From assembly GCA_021432655.1 (NCBI GenBank), contig MU271421.1:1-64000 (forward strand): a stretch of 64,000 bases of DNA. Reading direction: 5' to 3'. A program made the translations under genes and the position numbers. Below, piece by piece: positions 25,712 to 38,293 of this stretch. The notes under the pieces are model-generated. The model saw only the letters and a list, made by a program, of their open reading frames with translations. It searched no databases and was not told where the DNA came from. The DNA is from Atractiella rhizophila (taxonomy: Eukaryota). Numbering within the stretch: the stretch's first letter is position 1; the number at the start of each line of letters is the position of its first letter.

Positions 25712-26984
25712 CATTATGCCTCCTTTCGCTCGGTTGATTGACACTGCAATAAATATCATTCCATTGCTAAAACTACCCTCAGCCTTCGAAACTTCTCTGA
25801 CCTCTGCATTCCTAGCCAGCGAGGCCGCAATCGGGAGACTGGACTCGCAGTCAAAAGTGATGGAATCGAGGAGGATGGAGACGGGATATGGCGGAGGAGG
25901 GACGACATTATTGCTGTTCCGATCCGGTCTCTGTAAAGTAGCGTCATCTCAGTACCAATTCCTTGACTGGGCGGATACGAAGATGAAGACCCAAGCAAAA
26001 TATTGAGTAAGACGTGCGTACGGAACGACATATTTTCGTTACAAATCCAGTTAGCAGTGTATTGGAGAACGATTAAAAGGGTAAACACGCACATTCCATT
26101 GGTCGTAAACACGCCCAGATGGGGTATCAAATGCAGGCAAATGGCGGCTGAAGTAGAACGGCTGAACCACGTTAACGATAGTCATACATAAAAGACTAAC
26201 GAATGTAACATACCATATCGACGTCTAAGCGGTGCTCGAGCACTGTCTAATTGATAGAAAAGTCACTGCTAAACCATGATTCTCATAAAGGAGATACGCA
26301 CCACGGCACAGCAATCATCTGATCAAAACACATTCAAACTTTCAACTGTCACAATCAGATCTACTCCAGGTCGTATGTTGGCGAATTTTAGAAAGAGTGT
26401 TAGAGGTTCCACTGACGAAACGCGTCTTGACCGTTATGCACCTACAAAGTGACTGTTCGTGTTCAACGCGAAAACGACGCGTCAAATCAGACACAGTGTA
26501 CATAAATCCAATCCTCCGATTACTGAAACGGATTCTGGGTAATTTGGTGTGTATTTGATAAGTGGGGTTCTCTAAGTCGTGATTGGACTTCGTCGTTCAA
26601 AACTGGCCCACAGGTCAGCTAAATAGTAAGGGAAGAAGAAAGAGAAATGCGTGGTGGATAGGTGGTGGATAGGTCCTGCTGATTATCGCAGAACGAGGGA
26701 GTCCTATCAGGGATATTTGCCTCAATTAGTGCAGTCAGAACTGGTGCACTGGTGCGCGAAGTTCTGCATCAACGGCACATTGGCAATTCTCTCGGTTTCA
26801 AAGCACAGGGAGGAAGAACACAGCGAATAGAGATGCCGACTGTAGATGACAAACAGCGCAGATTGTTTGTTCATAAGTTACGTTACGCTCCTAATATATG
26901 ACTTTGCCTGAATGGATATATGACCCTATTATTCCAAGATGATCCTGCACAATGTCAAGTGAGTAAAGAATGAATGAAACGTGA

Positions 26985-29900
26985 CTAATCATCTGGTGCT
27001 GGATCTGCCTGAAGATTCTCCTCCTCTGTTTGTTCGTCCAGAACCTCCTCCCAATCCGCTTCTCCTGAAAGATGCAAAGGTCTGCCAAAAGCGTATGAGT
27101 GAGGATGAAGGATATAGACGAAGTCCTCAAGCTGAAAGACCCCAATCAGACTGTGCACACGGCTTAATGGTATAACACCCCAGTCATCTGTCAGCTGTGT
27201 CTTGATCATGCTCGAGTAGCTCATTTCAGTCTCAGTGGTATCGATAACACCGTAGAATTGTGCCACGGCGACAGTGAATGATGCGCGCTCGATGTGGATC
27301 TGTACAAAAGAGTGAGCTTTACAGTAAACAGGTTCTCCACGAGATCCAATGACCTGGTGATAAATTCAGGCTCATGTCATCACGAAGGGAAGTGAAGCGC
27401 ACCTGCATCCTGCAACTGGACCTTGTAACTTGCTTTGAGCCTGCCTCCTGCCTTGCTGAACGAATTATGTGTCCATTCTTGAGGCGTATTTTCCCCCACC
27501 TTGTCCAGCTTGCTGCCATCTCTTCGAACTCGTCTTCTGATTTTGATACATTGAGATTGTTTGATGAACAAAACTCATGTAGTGCGACAACTTCCTTCTT
27601 CCACATCTCCTTATCAGGTCCTGTTACTCTGCGGTAAGGAAAAGATTCCCAGCGCGGAGCAATAAGAGCAGATGTAGTGCCTTCTTCGCCAAGATATTCA
27701 GCTCGAGATGAGCGAACAGCGAACTTCTTCTCAGGATAGCGGATATTAAGGACATTGAACTGTTCCCTTCGAATCATATTCTGTATCATGTTTTCAAAGT
27801 ACAGTCGCTTCTGAGTGATCGACTCCTTTGCCTGTCCGATAACTCGCTCACAGGCAAACTGAGAACAGAGTATTAAAGGTCCATGATTTCGAGTGTTGAG
27901 ACCTATGTGAGAAGTGGAATGGAAGTTCATGGTCGCCCGATCGATGTTGGAAGACTCTCCTCGGATGTAGATCTTCTCAAATCCTATAGCCCACTCTCCA
28001 AAGAAAGTCTCCATGTCCTTCACCTCGCTCTCGTGGAGTTCATATTGCCAAGCAAGTCGGAATCCTTGAATGAAGAGATCCCAGTTCTTGAGAACAGCTT
28101 CGTCTACTTGGAGGTGGACAAGGAGAGGAAGCGAGTACCAGTCAATGAACGCCCACCATTCGTGCATCTTATAGTGGGTATTTTGGGCTAGATTGATGGG
28201 GCGAGGAGCAGTAGCTGCAAATGCAGATGGGAGATCACACTTTGCTTCAGCCATCTTCTGACCGATCCAAGCTTGCTGATCTGCAGAAAGTCTCAGAGGT
28301 TCACGATCTGAATCCCGGCTCTTGGACTCGCCAATCCAAATTCGCCAGATAAGTCGCATAAGGTCCGCAAGAGTAAGATGAGATAAATCAAGTGGGTGAA
28401 AAGTAGCAACGTCAATGAAGGTAGGAAGACGAGAGCATTCAGATGGCCGTTTGATGCCCGTATCCTTGCTGATTTTCTTTCTCTGTGTGTCGTTAGGTGC
28501 GTGGCTAAGGCAGTGAAGAGTTTTGTAGTACTCCTTCGGTTTACGTTGAAGAGATTCGTCATAAGGGCTATACTGTACTGGCCGCCTTGAAGTTGTTGGA
28601 AGCGTCCCATCAGGATACCGGACTGTCCGCCATGTATAGTAATAAGTTCCAACGCCAAAAGCTCGTAGTTGACCATGAAGCCAACAAAATCGACAACCGC
28701 ACTTCCCCTGATGTCCTGTACACCCATTGAATTTTGTAGAACCCAACATATCTCCAAGTAGTGCTAACAGCCATCCTCTCCAGAGAAACCATTCCTCCTT
28801 AAATCGGTCATAGAGCCAGTGTCCTATTGATGCTTTCGTCATCTCCTTGAAAAAGAGATAGAAGAAAGATGAGATATTGATTGGATTGTTAGGACCTGGT
28901 ACGATGCAGAGGAGAAAGATATGCTCCTTAAGATAACGAGACTTTGGAGGATAGCAAGAGGCAGTGAGGATGAAGATCCAAGCGTTGCTGTCTGCACGCC
29001 GAAGCTGTAATGATGCGCCATCTGTTGAAGCATAAAAGGCTGTCTCGCGAGGATCTCGAAGGACATTCTGAGAGGATTTATGAAGGCTATGGAGAATTTG
29101 GCCATCGTACCAATCTCGATACTGCTTCTCCATCTTATCTACAACCTTTATGCTCTCATGAAGCAGCTTTCCGAAATCGCCAATCGACTTTGCAGTTTCT
29201 GGGTTGTCAAAGAGCTCGCGTAATCGTGGCAAGAAGCTCAGATATGCAAATTGCCGGCGAGGAAGCTGTCGATGAAGGAGTCGGGCTCCTGATTTCTTTG
29301 AGCGGACTGGCGTAAAGCGAGGTTCACCACAATGAGGGCAACTGTTTGTTGCAGGATCTTGGTATTCTCCTGTGAACCCCAGACAGGTATTCACACATTG
29401 ATCACGCCACTCAGCACGGAGCCTTGTCAAGTCCTGAAGAAGCTTTTGTGCTTGGTAAAGGGACCCTATCCGAAATCCAAGTGCTTCTTCAAGGTTGACA
29501 CGGTGTTCTTCGTATGACTTCTCTGTTGCCTTCGGTGAAATGATCCAGGCTCGAAGGTTTTTCAACGTCCAGTAATCCACATCAGAAAGAGGCTTTGGAG
29601 GTGACGGAGGGAGTTGTGGTTTGGGGCCAGGATTATGCCCATCGTCAGAGAAAAGAGAGAGAACATCGTCAGCTGAGAAACTAGAGGATGTCTCCTTTCT
29701 ACATTGATATAATTGTCAGTCAATGGAGTGACAGTGAGCTGGGTACTCACGAATCGCTAGGATCATTGTCTGAACCATCATCTCCACCTCCATCAACACC
29801 CATATGCAGATCCTCTTCTGTCTCGTCGATTTCCGGTGTTTGCTCCGGACTCTTAGATGGACGCTTACTGAACTGTCCATCCAGATCCTCTTCAGTCTCC

Positions 29901-30426
29901 AAATCAGAATCTTGCCCATTATGTTCTACTGGATGTTGAAGTGCGCTATCATAAAGATATCCACTACTGGTTTTCGAGAGTTCAAGCTGCGATTGTTGTT
30001 GAAATAGAGGATTCATTTCAGGAGGACGGAACTGGAAAGAAAAAGCTGTCGTAGCACGTTCTGGTGAGCTAGAAACTAGTAAGTAACGCTACGAGACAAG
30101 GCATTGATTGCTCACAGAGTTGGGGACCGTGAGTTGGTATCAATTTGGAGTGATCCCTCCTCCATTTCCCTTCCGCCAGAGTCACCGTGTGTTTGAACAT
30201 ACGATCTTGAGCCAACAACTTTGTTGTGAGAAGTCCGACGCCATTTGTTAGGTAACTCATCTTCAGGAGAATCAGATGAACGCTTCTTCGTAGCTGAAGA
30301 GACCATTGCTGGTGGGTATTTGCGCTGATGATTGTAGAAAGTAGATTTTGGTACCCATCTCCTGGGATCCGTCAATGGGAGCAGGCTACATTTCCAGCAA
30401 TTACATGTTTGACGAGGTGCAGCCAT
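26985..30426 (-). CDS. Transposase, tnp2/Transposase_21 (CACTA/EnSpm) family, spliced and apparently intact
   Basis: N-terminal CxCxxC...H (QTCNCWKC), DQCVNTC...CPHCGEPRF, DWYDG, STDG, LLCIVPGPNNP, GDMLG...GHQGKCGCRFC, DLSH, YKMHEW, NFHSTSHI...GPLILCSQFACERVIG. The 753-codon core is uninterrupted and the flanking exons appear to splice in frame. Confidence 0.88.
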
Positions 30427-30551
30427 GCGATTTAGTTTCACAAGAGCAATGGTTGTTAGTTCGGAGCTCGTTGACGTACTAAGTTATCGCTCCACATTCA
30501 CCAAGTTCTGAGTGTAACCTGCATTTTTTTTACTGTTGTCATTAAGATCTA

Positions 30552-33227
30552 ATGGCCACCAATGGAAGATATGCTAGCACCTATGGCAGTTCGAATAGTT
30601 GGCGGCAACACAATGACCTAACAGCAACGGGAACAGTACAGCCGTTTAGTTTGGCCACAAGCAATGACGGTCAACCTCGATCTACTTCACATTTTGCTTT
30701 ACCCTCGATGGATAATTCTTTTCCATTTCAAAATGAGCAGGCATTTACTTTACCTCCAGCCTTTTCGCCAAATGAGGCTACAAACTCAGGGAACGCAAAT
30801 TCCAACAATATTGTTACTCAAAATTTTGAGCTGAAGATGGAAAACAGTGCTTTAAAACGGCGTGTGGAATCTCTTGAAGCTCAACTTATTGATTCAAAGA
30901 GCGAGATCATTTTGCTCAAGGCGGAAATCACTTCATTAAAGCACCCCGAAAGACAATTTTCTCGGGACACCACATACTTTGCACCATCTTCAGAAGTATC
31001 CCCAGTCCTGACGAAGAAAAAGGAAATCTTTGGTCCTGTCAGTCGCCGTTACACTCTATCAACTCTACCTCAACACTTGTCCTTCCTGCTCAATCCTAAA
31101 TATTCTGCAACACCTCCCAAGACATGGGACCGAAACCGATTCCCTGCCAATGCAGATATTCCTTGGGACCGGCCTTCCCTAAAGTCAGAGAAAAAAGCAG
31201 GGCAATCTTTGCTTGCCCTTCGCTCCATCAAAGCTTGCATAAGGAAAGAAGACAGCGGAGCGAATGGGGGAACCACACGATATGTTGCGATTTCAGAAGA
31301 CGACTGGCGGAGCATCAACTCCAGCGTTGACTGGATCAGATGCTCAATCTTCGATGAGACGTCCGCACTTGATGGTCAAGACAAAGAGCTGGTTTCTGCT
31401 GTTTGCCGTTACCTTGAAGAATCACACCCCAGTCTTCAGCTTTGTAATGGGGGTTGGATTTCACGAGCTATACTTCAGAATAAACTGGGCAATAAGGCAA
31501 AGAAAACGCCAAAGGTATATTATCCAACCATGCTTTCATACAGTTCTAAAGGGCCCATCCATAGAGAATGCTAGACAGGATTGAAGATGAAACAGAAGAG
31601 AACTTAGCGCCGAAGCCGTCCAAACTATTTCGTGCAAAGGCAAGCTTCTACTTTCGTCAGCATCGCATATTAATACACTTGACAGTTGCAACGCTTGAAT
31701 GATACAACACCAACTCCATCAGACGACAATAGAAAGGGGAAAAAACGAATGCGTGATCAAGATAGAGATGCGGAGGAGATGGGTACAGTTGGCAAGAGAA
31801 GACGCATGGTGGGACATGCCGATAACACGGGTTAGTTTATATCTATTCAACTTATCTACAAGTTTTCTGAACATGAACACAGTTTCTGGATCCAATTCCA
31901 TCTTTGACTTATCGAACATTGGTGATTATGACTAATTCCATAGAGGCTCACTGATTCTTTCCGGTAGAATTTCTTCAAGACCTCTTTGAAGAGAACAATC
32001 CGCATCGCGATCTGTTGCAAGCACTCCATTCTGCCCTGTCCATCACCGGCAACTTTCCTCCTCCTCAAATATTTGATCATAACATCACACCAACCATAGA
32101 ACGTCTCATTGAAGTTGTCAGAGCAGATGTTGCAGCTTGGCGGCTTCAGACGACCGGACGTAGCTCTGAGCTCAGCGAGGAAGACGAGGACAATATTTTG
32201 ACTGGCTTTGGACACAAACTGGATCCGGCCAACATCAACAAGCTGTGCGACTGGAAGGAGATAAGATGTGCTGACTCCATAGTTGAAATTTTCGAACTCA
32301 TAGTATCCGGAATGAAGATAGAGTCCGGTTCACGCGATTGCAATTATCTATTTGTCACTGAGAAGCTCCACAAACTGGTGGAAGCAATTGTAGTTGGTTG
32401 GGTGGAGGGAAGAGGCAAAGGTCTGTTCGAATGGGTTTGTTTCTCCCAGGAATCCGTGCCATGAGAGGATAAAATTCTGAATGATGGGATAGGTTGGAGA
32501 TACCAGTTGGAAAAAATGCAACCTTCCACCGCCAAGCGTTCCTATTATCATCGAAGAGACTGTCCCCAGCACCAGACGCTTCGTGATGGATACAACCAGT
32601 CGAGAACAAACTCCTCCACCAGCTCAAGAACTTACAGATCTAACTAGGCAGACTCCACCTCTCCATACACGGCCTCAAAGGGGACAGTTAACTCCATCAA
32701 GTCCAGCTCCTAGCCCTGATAGCGTCAAAGCAAGCGACACTGCCAACAGGAACATAATTCATCCTCCTTATCCACGCCGTGCACTAGTTCCAACTCGGAC
32801 CACCTTTCATACGGACTTGACTACGGTAAATCCTTCCGATGGTGCAGTATTGCGACGAGGACGAGGACATAAAGAGGCCGGGGTGGGAAAGGGAAAAGAA
32901 AAAGAAAAAGAGAAGAAGCGCACGGCAGGAGAGACTGAAGAAGTACAGGTGGATGTTTTGTGGAGGTGGAAAGATGAAAAGGGCGAAGACCTTGAGAGCA
33001 AGAATAAAGCATGGGGAGCATCTGAGAAGGAACTGACCAACAGATATAGGTATACCATAAGCGATTGTAGGACTGTGCTCATGGTAAGACGTTTACATTG
33101 CACTTTCTACTTCACGTTGATGCAAACCTGGAATACTCAGGATTTTGGCCTTCCTACAAATGGAAAGAAGGCGGAACTGGTCCAGCGAATACTACGACAT
33201 CAAGCCGAGGTTCAAAGAAGTGAGTGA
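30552..33227 (+). CDS. Transposon accessory protein with coiled coil, NLS-like basic patches and a C-terminal SAP domain
   Basis: Exons splice in frame through six introns, one of them GC-AG. Coiled coil LKMENSALKRRVESLEAQL, basic RKGKKR and KRRR, and C-terminal YTISDCRTVLM/DFGLPTNGKKAELVQRI matching the SAP consensus (GL..sGkKaeLv.R). Confidence 0.72.
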
Positions 33228-34215
33228 GGTGAAGATTGCGTTGACAGTTAAAGGCTCCTTTTTCGGAGATGAACAGTTTGTACATTCATGAAAAGTATTC
33301 AGTTAGATTTACCTTCCGCTGTGACGCTTCTCAACGCTGTTTCAAAATGAATTGGCTACAGTTTAACAAAGTAATACACCTTTAAAAGGAGTCCAGGATG
33401 CAGTTGCTCAGAGGTCATGAAGCTCATATGAAGGGTCTCCTTCGATGCCATGAGGCATGGATATGTGTGGACGTTCAAACACGTTGCAGGTCTACTATCA
33501 CAACATCAATCCCTGACAATGCGGCAGCTTTGCTTTGTCAATCGCAAAAGTGAACCATCAAGATTCCAAAGACACTGAAAATCATCGGACTAAATGAAGG
33601 CGAGGACTCTGAAAGCTGACTGAAAGAACGTGTAAGGTTATTTACTCGAACAGCATCTGCACTACTTCACCCACTCCATTCCCTCTTTCATCCCACAGTC
33701 TACACAAAGGATCGTGTTGAAATGCTCGGTTGGTAGGAAACTGTGGGAACTGTCTTAGATTTCTCCATATGTCTACGAACGGAGGAGGCGACGAAAGAGG
33801 GAACGGTGTGTCGGTGCACAGAACATTCAGATGGCGAGCTCCTGTTTTACTAATGCAAAAGCGGAAGATCCATTGCAAACCCTTGGGGCATCAGAAAGCG
33901 GCCACAGCAAAGAATAGGTGCACACCTTTAGTTCAATATCTCAATTCTTCCTTCCATTCTTCAAGATTGCTCGCAGTTCGACCAGCCATCTGTCGCTGGT
34001 AAGAAAAGTTGAATGATTGCAGTGCCGAAGCATGGTGCAGCTCAGACATACCAACCTCTCACCTATGGCCGAAGTGTGCGAAGATATAGGCCACCTCATT
34101 TTCGGGCATGAATGGCGCAAAGGACGACGGTGGTAAGACAGGTCGTCGAGTTCGTTCTTACCGCTGTTTCGGCACGCAGTCACGTCCATCTTTCACATCT
34201 TACATCTCCTTTTTG

Positions 34216-34381
34216 CCACTCTGCAACCACATTGTATAGCACTTCGAAAAGCACTCAATCAACCTTGCAATTCCCTCCCACTAGTTCATAACCTATCCTG
34301 CACCTATCCCGCACCCTCCGAACCTTCAAAGCACCACATCACCACCTAACTAGCCGAACGACTCTTTCCAGGGACTCAGCG
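34216..34381 (-). repeat. Right subterminal GCAC array and right TIR (34344-34381)
   Basis: GCAC/CCAC motifs at 34216, 34227, 34239, 34251, 34278, 34300, 34311, 34331 and 34342 are inverted relative to the left array. They are followed by gactctttccagggactcagcg. Confidence 0.7.
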
Positions 34382-34496
34382 CTCAGCATTCCTTCTCAAT
34401 AAGAATGTTTGATCATGCGATTGGCCTTATTGGTAGCCATTGTTGCTGACATCTAAATAAGCTGTATTCAACCGGAAAACATTTATTTCACAACTT

Positions 34497-35430
34497 TCAA
34501 TTTTCCACTGAAGTAGCTCCCCTGGCAGAGTTGAGGGACTGTCGATATTCCAAGACCTTCTTCACCTGTGGCATTTGGAGCATCTTATTATGCCACATTG
34601 TGACGTTCTGAAATTGAGTGTCAACATCGTTCACTACTTTGTCCATATAAAGCGGCTGTAAAGTGTGAGGTTGGCACAAATTGCAGGGATAAAGAGAATG
34701 ACGTACCAAATGATTCCAAAGAAGGAACGAGAGGTCTGCGACTGTGCATTTGGACCCCACCAGCCATTCCCGGTTCGCTAAAATCCCATCCAACACACCA
34801 AGGACACGGCGGATCTCGTTCTTGTAGCGCTCTTCAGCAGAGGCAATCTTTTCCTGGTGCAAATGCTTGAACCAAACCCATTGTCCAAAGCTAGTCCAGA
34901 AGCATTAGATTGTTCCACGATTGACGAGGGAAGCCTGACTATGGCCCTTGCCCACTCGCTTGGAAGAACAGATATTGATTCTGAATCGCCTTTTCTTCTG
35001 GCGTCGAAGCTGAAATCTTGTGCTCTTTATCGTATCTGCGAGAAATTAGACCATTCCTACGCGCTGATGGAAAGAGAACCTGTCGATGAGGTAGAGAACG
35101 ATAGCATTCGATTCCCATAACTGAAAGTCGCCATTTTTATGATCTATGATAGCGGGCACTCGACCATTTGGGTTGATGTTCGTGAACTCCGGCACCTTAT
35201 GCTCTCCTTCACCTTCTCATCAGCCGAGCGTTTGGAGCATTAAGTGGAACTCAAACCTTTTTCGAATACAAGGAATTTGTGTTCGTAGCTGAGTCCCAAG
35301 CATTCGAGCACGATAGCTACCTTCCACGGCTTTCATGGTTCGAAATGAGTAACAGGAAACAGGAACGGCGGATTGCCCATACATTTGGTCCATTAGTGTG
35401 GGAATACAGAGTGATGTCTTTGGACGACAT
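34497..35430 (-). CDS. Glutathione S-transferase, Ure2p-like class (copy 2)
   Basis: MSSKDITLYSHTNGPN/PWKVAIVLECLGL, EHKVPEFTNINPNGRVPAI, LWESNAI, FQASGQG, KCTVADLSF. Same intron layout as copy 1. Confidence 0.92.
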
Positions 35431-37149
35431 TGTTGGTGATAGTTTTAGAAATGCTGACAATGTTGATGGGCGACGGGGACGACTGCTACAGCACTCTCTT
35501 TTAAATGTCACGCATATTTGTTTTGAGCCAGGTTGCTGCTTCTTGGTCAAAACAATGATTACTGAGCAGGAAGAAATGTGGAGGCAGGATACAGTCCCCG
35601 AAAGGAGAGTCGACAGATGGTGTCCTTCACCCGCCGGTTCCACGACTGCAACACTGACCGAAGAAGAAGACCGAAGCTTGCGCGGACAATGCAGCCTTGA
35701 GCCAGTTGAGCAATCGCTGGCTCAGCTTTCAAAATGCTTAGTCAAGGAATCCAGGCCAAGCCTCCACATCAGCCCTCATTATCATGAACAGGGGAATTAG
35801 AGGAAGATTTGGCATCCACAGGCGACATTACTCTCCCGACAGAGAGGAAAAAAGGAGGAACAGAGAAAGGTGCATGTTCGTGCGCTTCATTCAGCTATAC
35901 TCCGCCTTTGTCCGCCGCTGCTCATCTAATGCTTATCAGGGACTCCTCTGCGGACGAAATTTAGAGGCGTTGGCGTCAAGCCTCTCTGAATAGAAATGAA
36001 ACGATGAAGAGCCTAATAACGTTTCCATCCCAAATTCCCTTTGGGCGGAGTACTTCCTTTGCTTCTCAGGCTGGTTTTGTATCCAACATTGTGACATTCC
36101 TTGCAGTCAGTTGACTTGGCGGAAGGATATAGCAAGCTGTACTGGGCTGGCTTCTCAGATGAATTTTGAGACAGAGGACAGCAGAATGAATAATTCCGCC
36201 GGTTTTTATCTGCGAACATGGCTACCTTGGCAAACGAGGGCACTCACTCTCATTCCATCTCCTTTATCACAAATTCGATGGGCGTCACTGTCATCCCGTC
36301 CAGCATGACTCGTTCTCCAATTTGAAATTTCGACTGATCTTGTGAATACGGCGTATACGGAAAGGTTAAGGTTAGAAATGCGGGAGTGCTGGATGCGAGT
36401 TGAGACTGGGAACAAGTCTGAATTTACATAGCTGTATGATAGGCCTTATATAAACATGAAATACCAATGATACCATAAACGAAAAGAGAAGATGCAAGAC
36501 AGTAAAGTAACAATAAGAAGAGACGAAATAGTGGAACGAGAACAGATACTAACAATCATTACAGGATCACCTAATGCGTGACCCGAATGTCGCAATGGAG
36601 GAAGAATGATGGGGAGGGAAGGGGTGTTGGATGGACGGGGAATTCCCCAAAGTAGTCTCGAAGACGTCGAGGGGAACCATGACTCTTAGCAGCAGAGTCA
36701 TCGTATCCACATTGTGCCGGTGACTCTTGTCGCTGATGCTACATGTACTATGTTCCGAGAAGAAGGCTCGGAGAAGCGATAGCGAGAAGTGGTAGCGACA
36801 ATACTGGCGACATTACTATACAGGGTGACTCCTGTGGATTAGGTGTGTACTCTGCTTATGGCTCATGAATCGTGTTACCTTTTTCAGAGTCTTCTCTTTT
36901 TGCTTCCTCTCACGCTGTCGACATTGACAGCTCTGAGTTGTCCAACGTAAACTACAGTATCTCGATATCTTAATTCTACACCTAGCCGTCAAGACAAGAA
37001 ACTCAGGATCTTCGTCCGCAGCTACATCTCCCTCATCTTTTTATGCCACGCACAGTTGTGGGTCTTCTACAGGCTGACATGGGCTTCATGTGTAGTCAGT
37101 AGTTGAAATTACTCTTAGAAATATAAAAAAGTACTATCGCGTCCTAAAC

Positions 37150-37835
37150 GACGAATGATACATTCCCTCTAGCTATTCTTGTTTCGATAAAATGTTCTCA
37201 AGCACACTCCATATTCAATTCATTTCAGCTTTGTAGCGTTCCTCAGCAGAAGGAAGTCGTTCCAGTGTAGAGCTTTAAATATCACTGCTTGAACCTAGCT
37301 GGGCTATGATGAGCTTGGAAGTATCTCCCAAAGAGTATTGGCGTACTAGGGAGCTTGTCCTGTTGCCGGAAAAAGGAGGTACTGCAGCTCACGGCCTTTC
37401 CTTGGGGAGTAGAAGCAGATATTTTTCTTGTGGTGTCGTCACTTTTTGAGGGTTGGATACCGAGTCAGTGGATCGATCCAACAACAGTCTTATCTACGAG
37501 TAAAAATGATAGCTGCTGATTCCCAGATCGTGAAGTCATTTTTCCGTTGTCAACAAGCGTAGGCGCTTTGCCATTGGGATCGATTTTGGCATATTCTGGA
37601 CTTTTATGCTCGCCTTTCCTCTCCCACATCAGCGAGAGCTTGTCCCGATGCAAACAAAGCCTACACTTACTGATGGACAAGTCCAGCTATCCATGCTCGT
37701 ATTCGAGCCCTAGGATTTCAAGTACGAGATCAACTTTCCATGACTGTTCCAGGCGTGTCAATGATGCTCATAACTGGATAAAGGAGGACGCACATTATGT
37801 GCTCCAAGTGTGTAAAGGGTGAACTGCGTCACGAC
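37150..37835 (-). pseudogene. Glutathione S-transferase pseudogene (Ure2p-like, copy 3)
   Basis: FTLYTLGAHN, SWKVDLVLEILGLEYEHG*, GEHKSPEYAKIDPNGKAPTL, frameshifted DFTIWESAAII, and PSAEERYKAEMN*IWSVLENILSKQE*. Contains in-frame stops and frameshifts. Confidence 0.82.
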
Positions 37836-38293
37836 CTGGTACTCAGGCGGATGTTGATGTTGATGAGAATCAAGGGTCGTTAACCTTGGGCAGAGAATAG
37901 ATGCAGAGAGACTAGTATTTATAGCCTTTAATTCCTGCCTCCTGTCGTGTGTGAACGGCAAAAGCAGTCTAGCTTGCCTGTGCTTGAGAAACACTCTACT
38001 ATTACGCATTGGAAGTGCTTGCGACACGACAAGCTACGGCGATAAGCATCATATCGGGAGAGTTGAGAGCTGCCACGCCGAGATAACCAAACAGGTCACT
38101 GTCGATAGCCTGCTTAGCGCGCAGAGTTGACTTGCTGAATAGCACGGCGCCATCGATCGGAGTATTGAGACACTGCTGCATCTGCACAAGAACCATCAGT
38201 TCGGGTTATTGTTCATCAAATCAGCAACGGTTCATACTGGTCTGTGCACTGTGCCGAAATGTAAGACTGATCACGATTATTGGTAGCAGAACT

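Larger units (their letters stand above)
25242..34381. mobile_element. ~9.1-kb CACTA/EnSpm-like (tnp2/Transposase_21) DNA transposon, apparently autonomous; exact ends uncertain by ~10-20 bp
   Basis: Imperfect TIRs, inverted subterminal GTGC arrays at both ends, an internal tnp2-family transposase and a second gene. Lies between two GST paralogs. The left end begins CACTC. No TSD identified. Confidence 0.8.

Noticed and set aside
38132..38293. N-terminal 54-aa extension of the F-box ORF from a TTG start
   Set aside because: A bacterial-style start call. The first ATG just before the F-box motif (38294) is more plausible.
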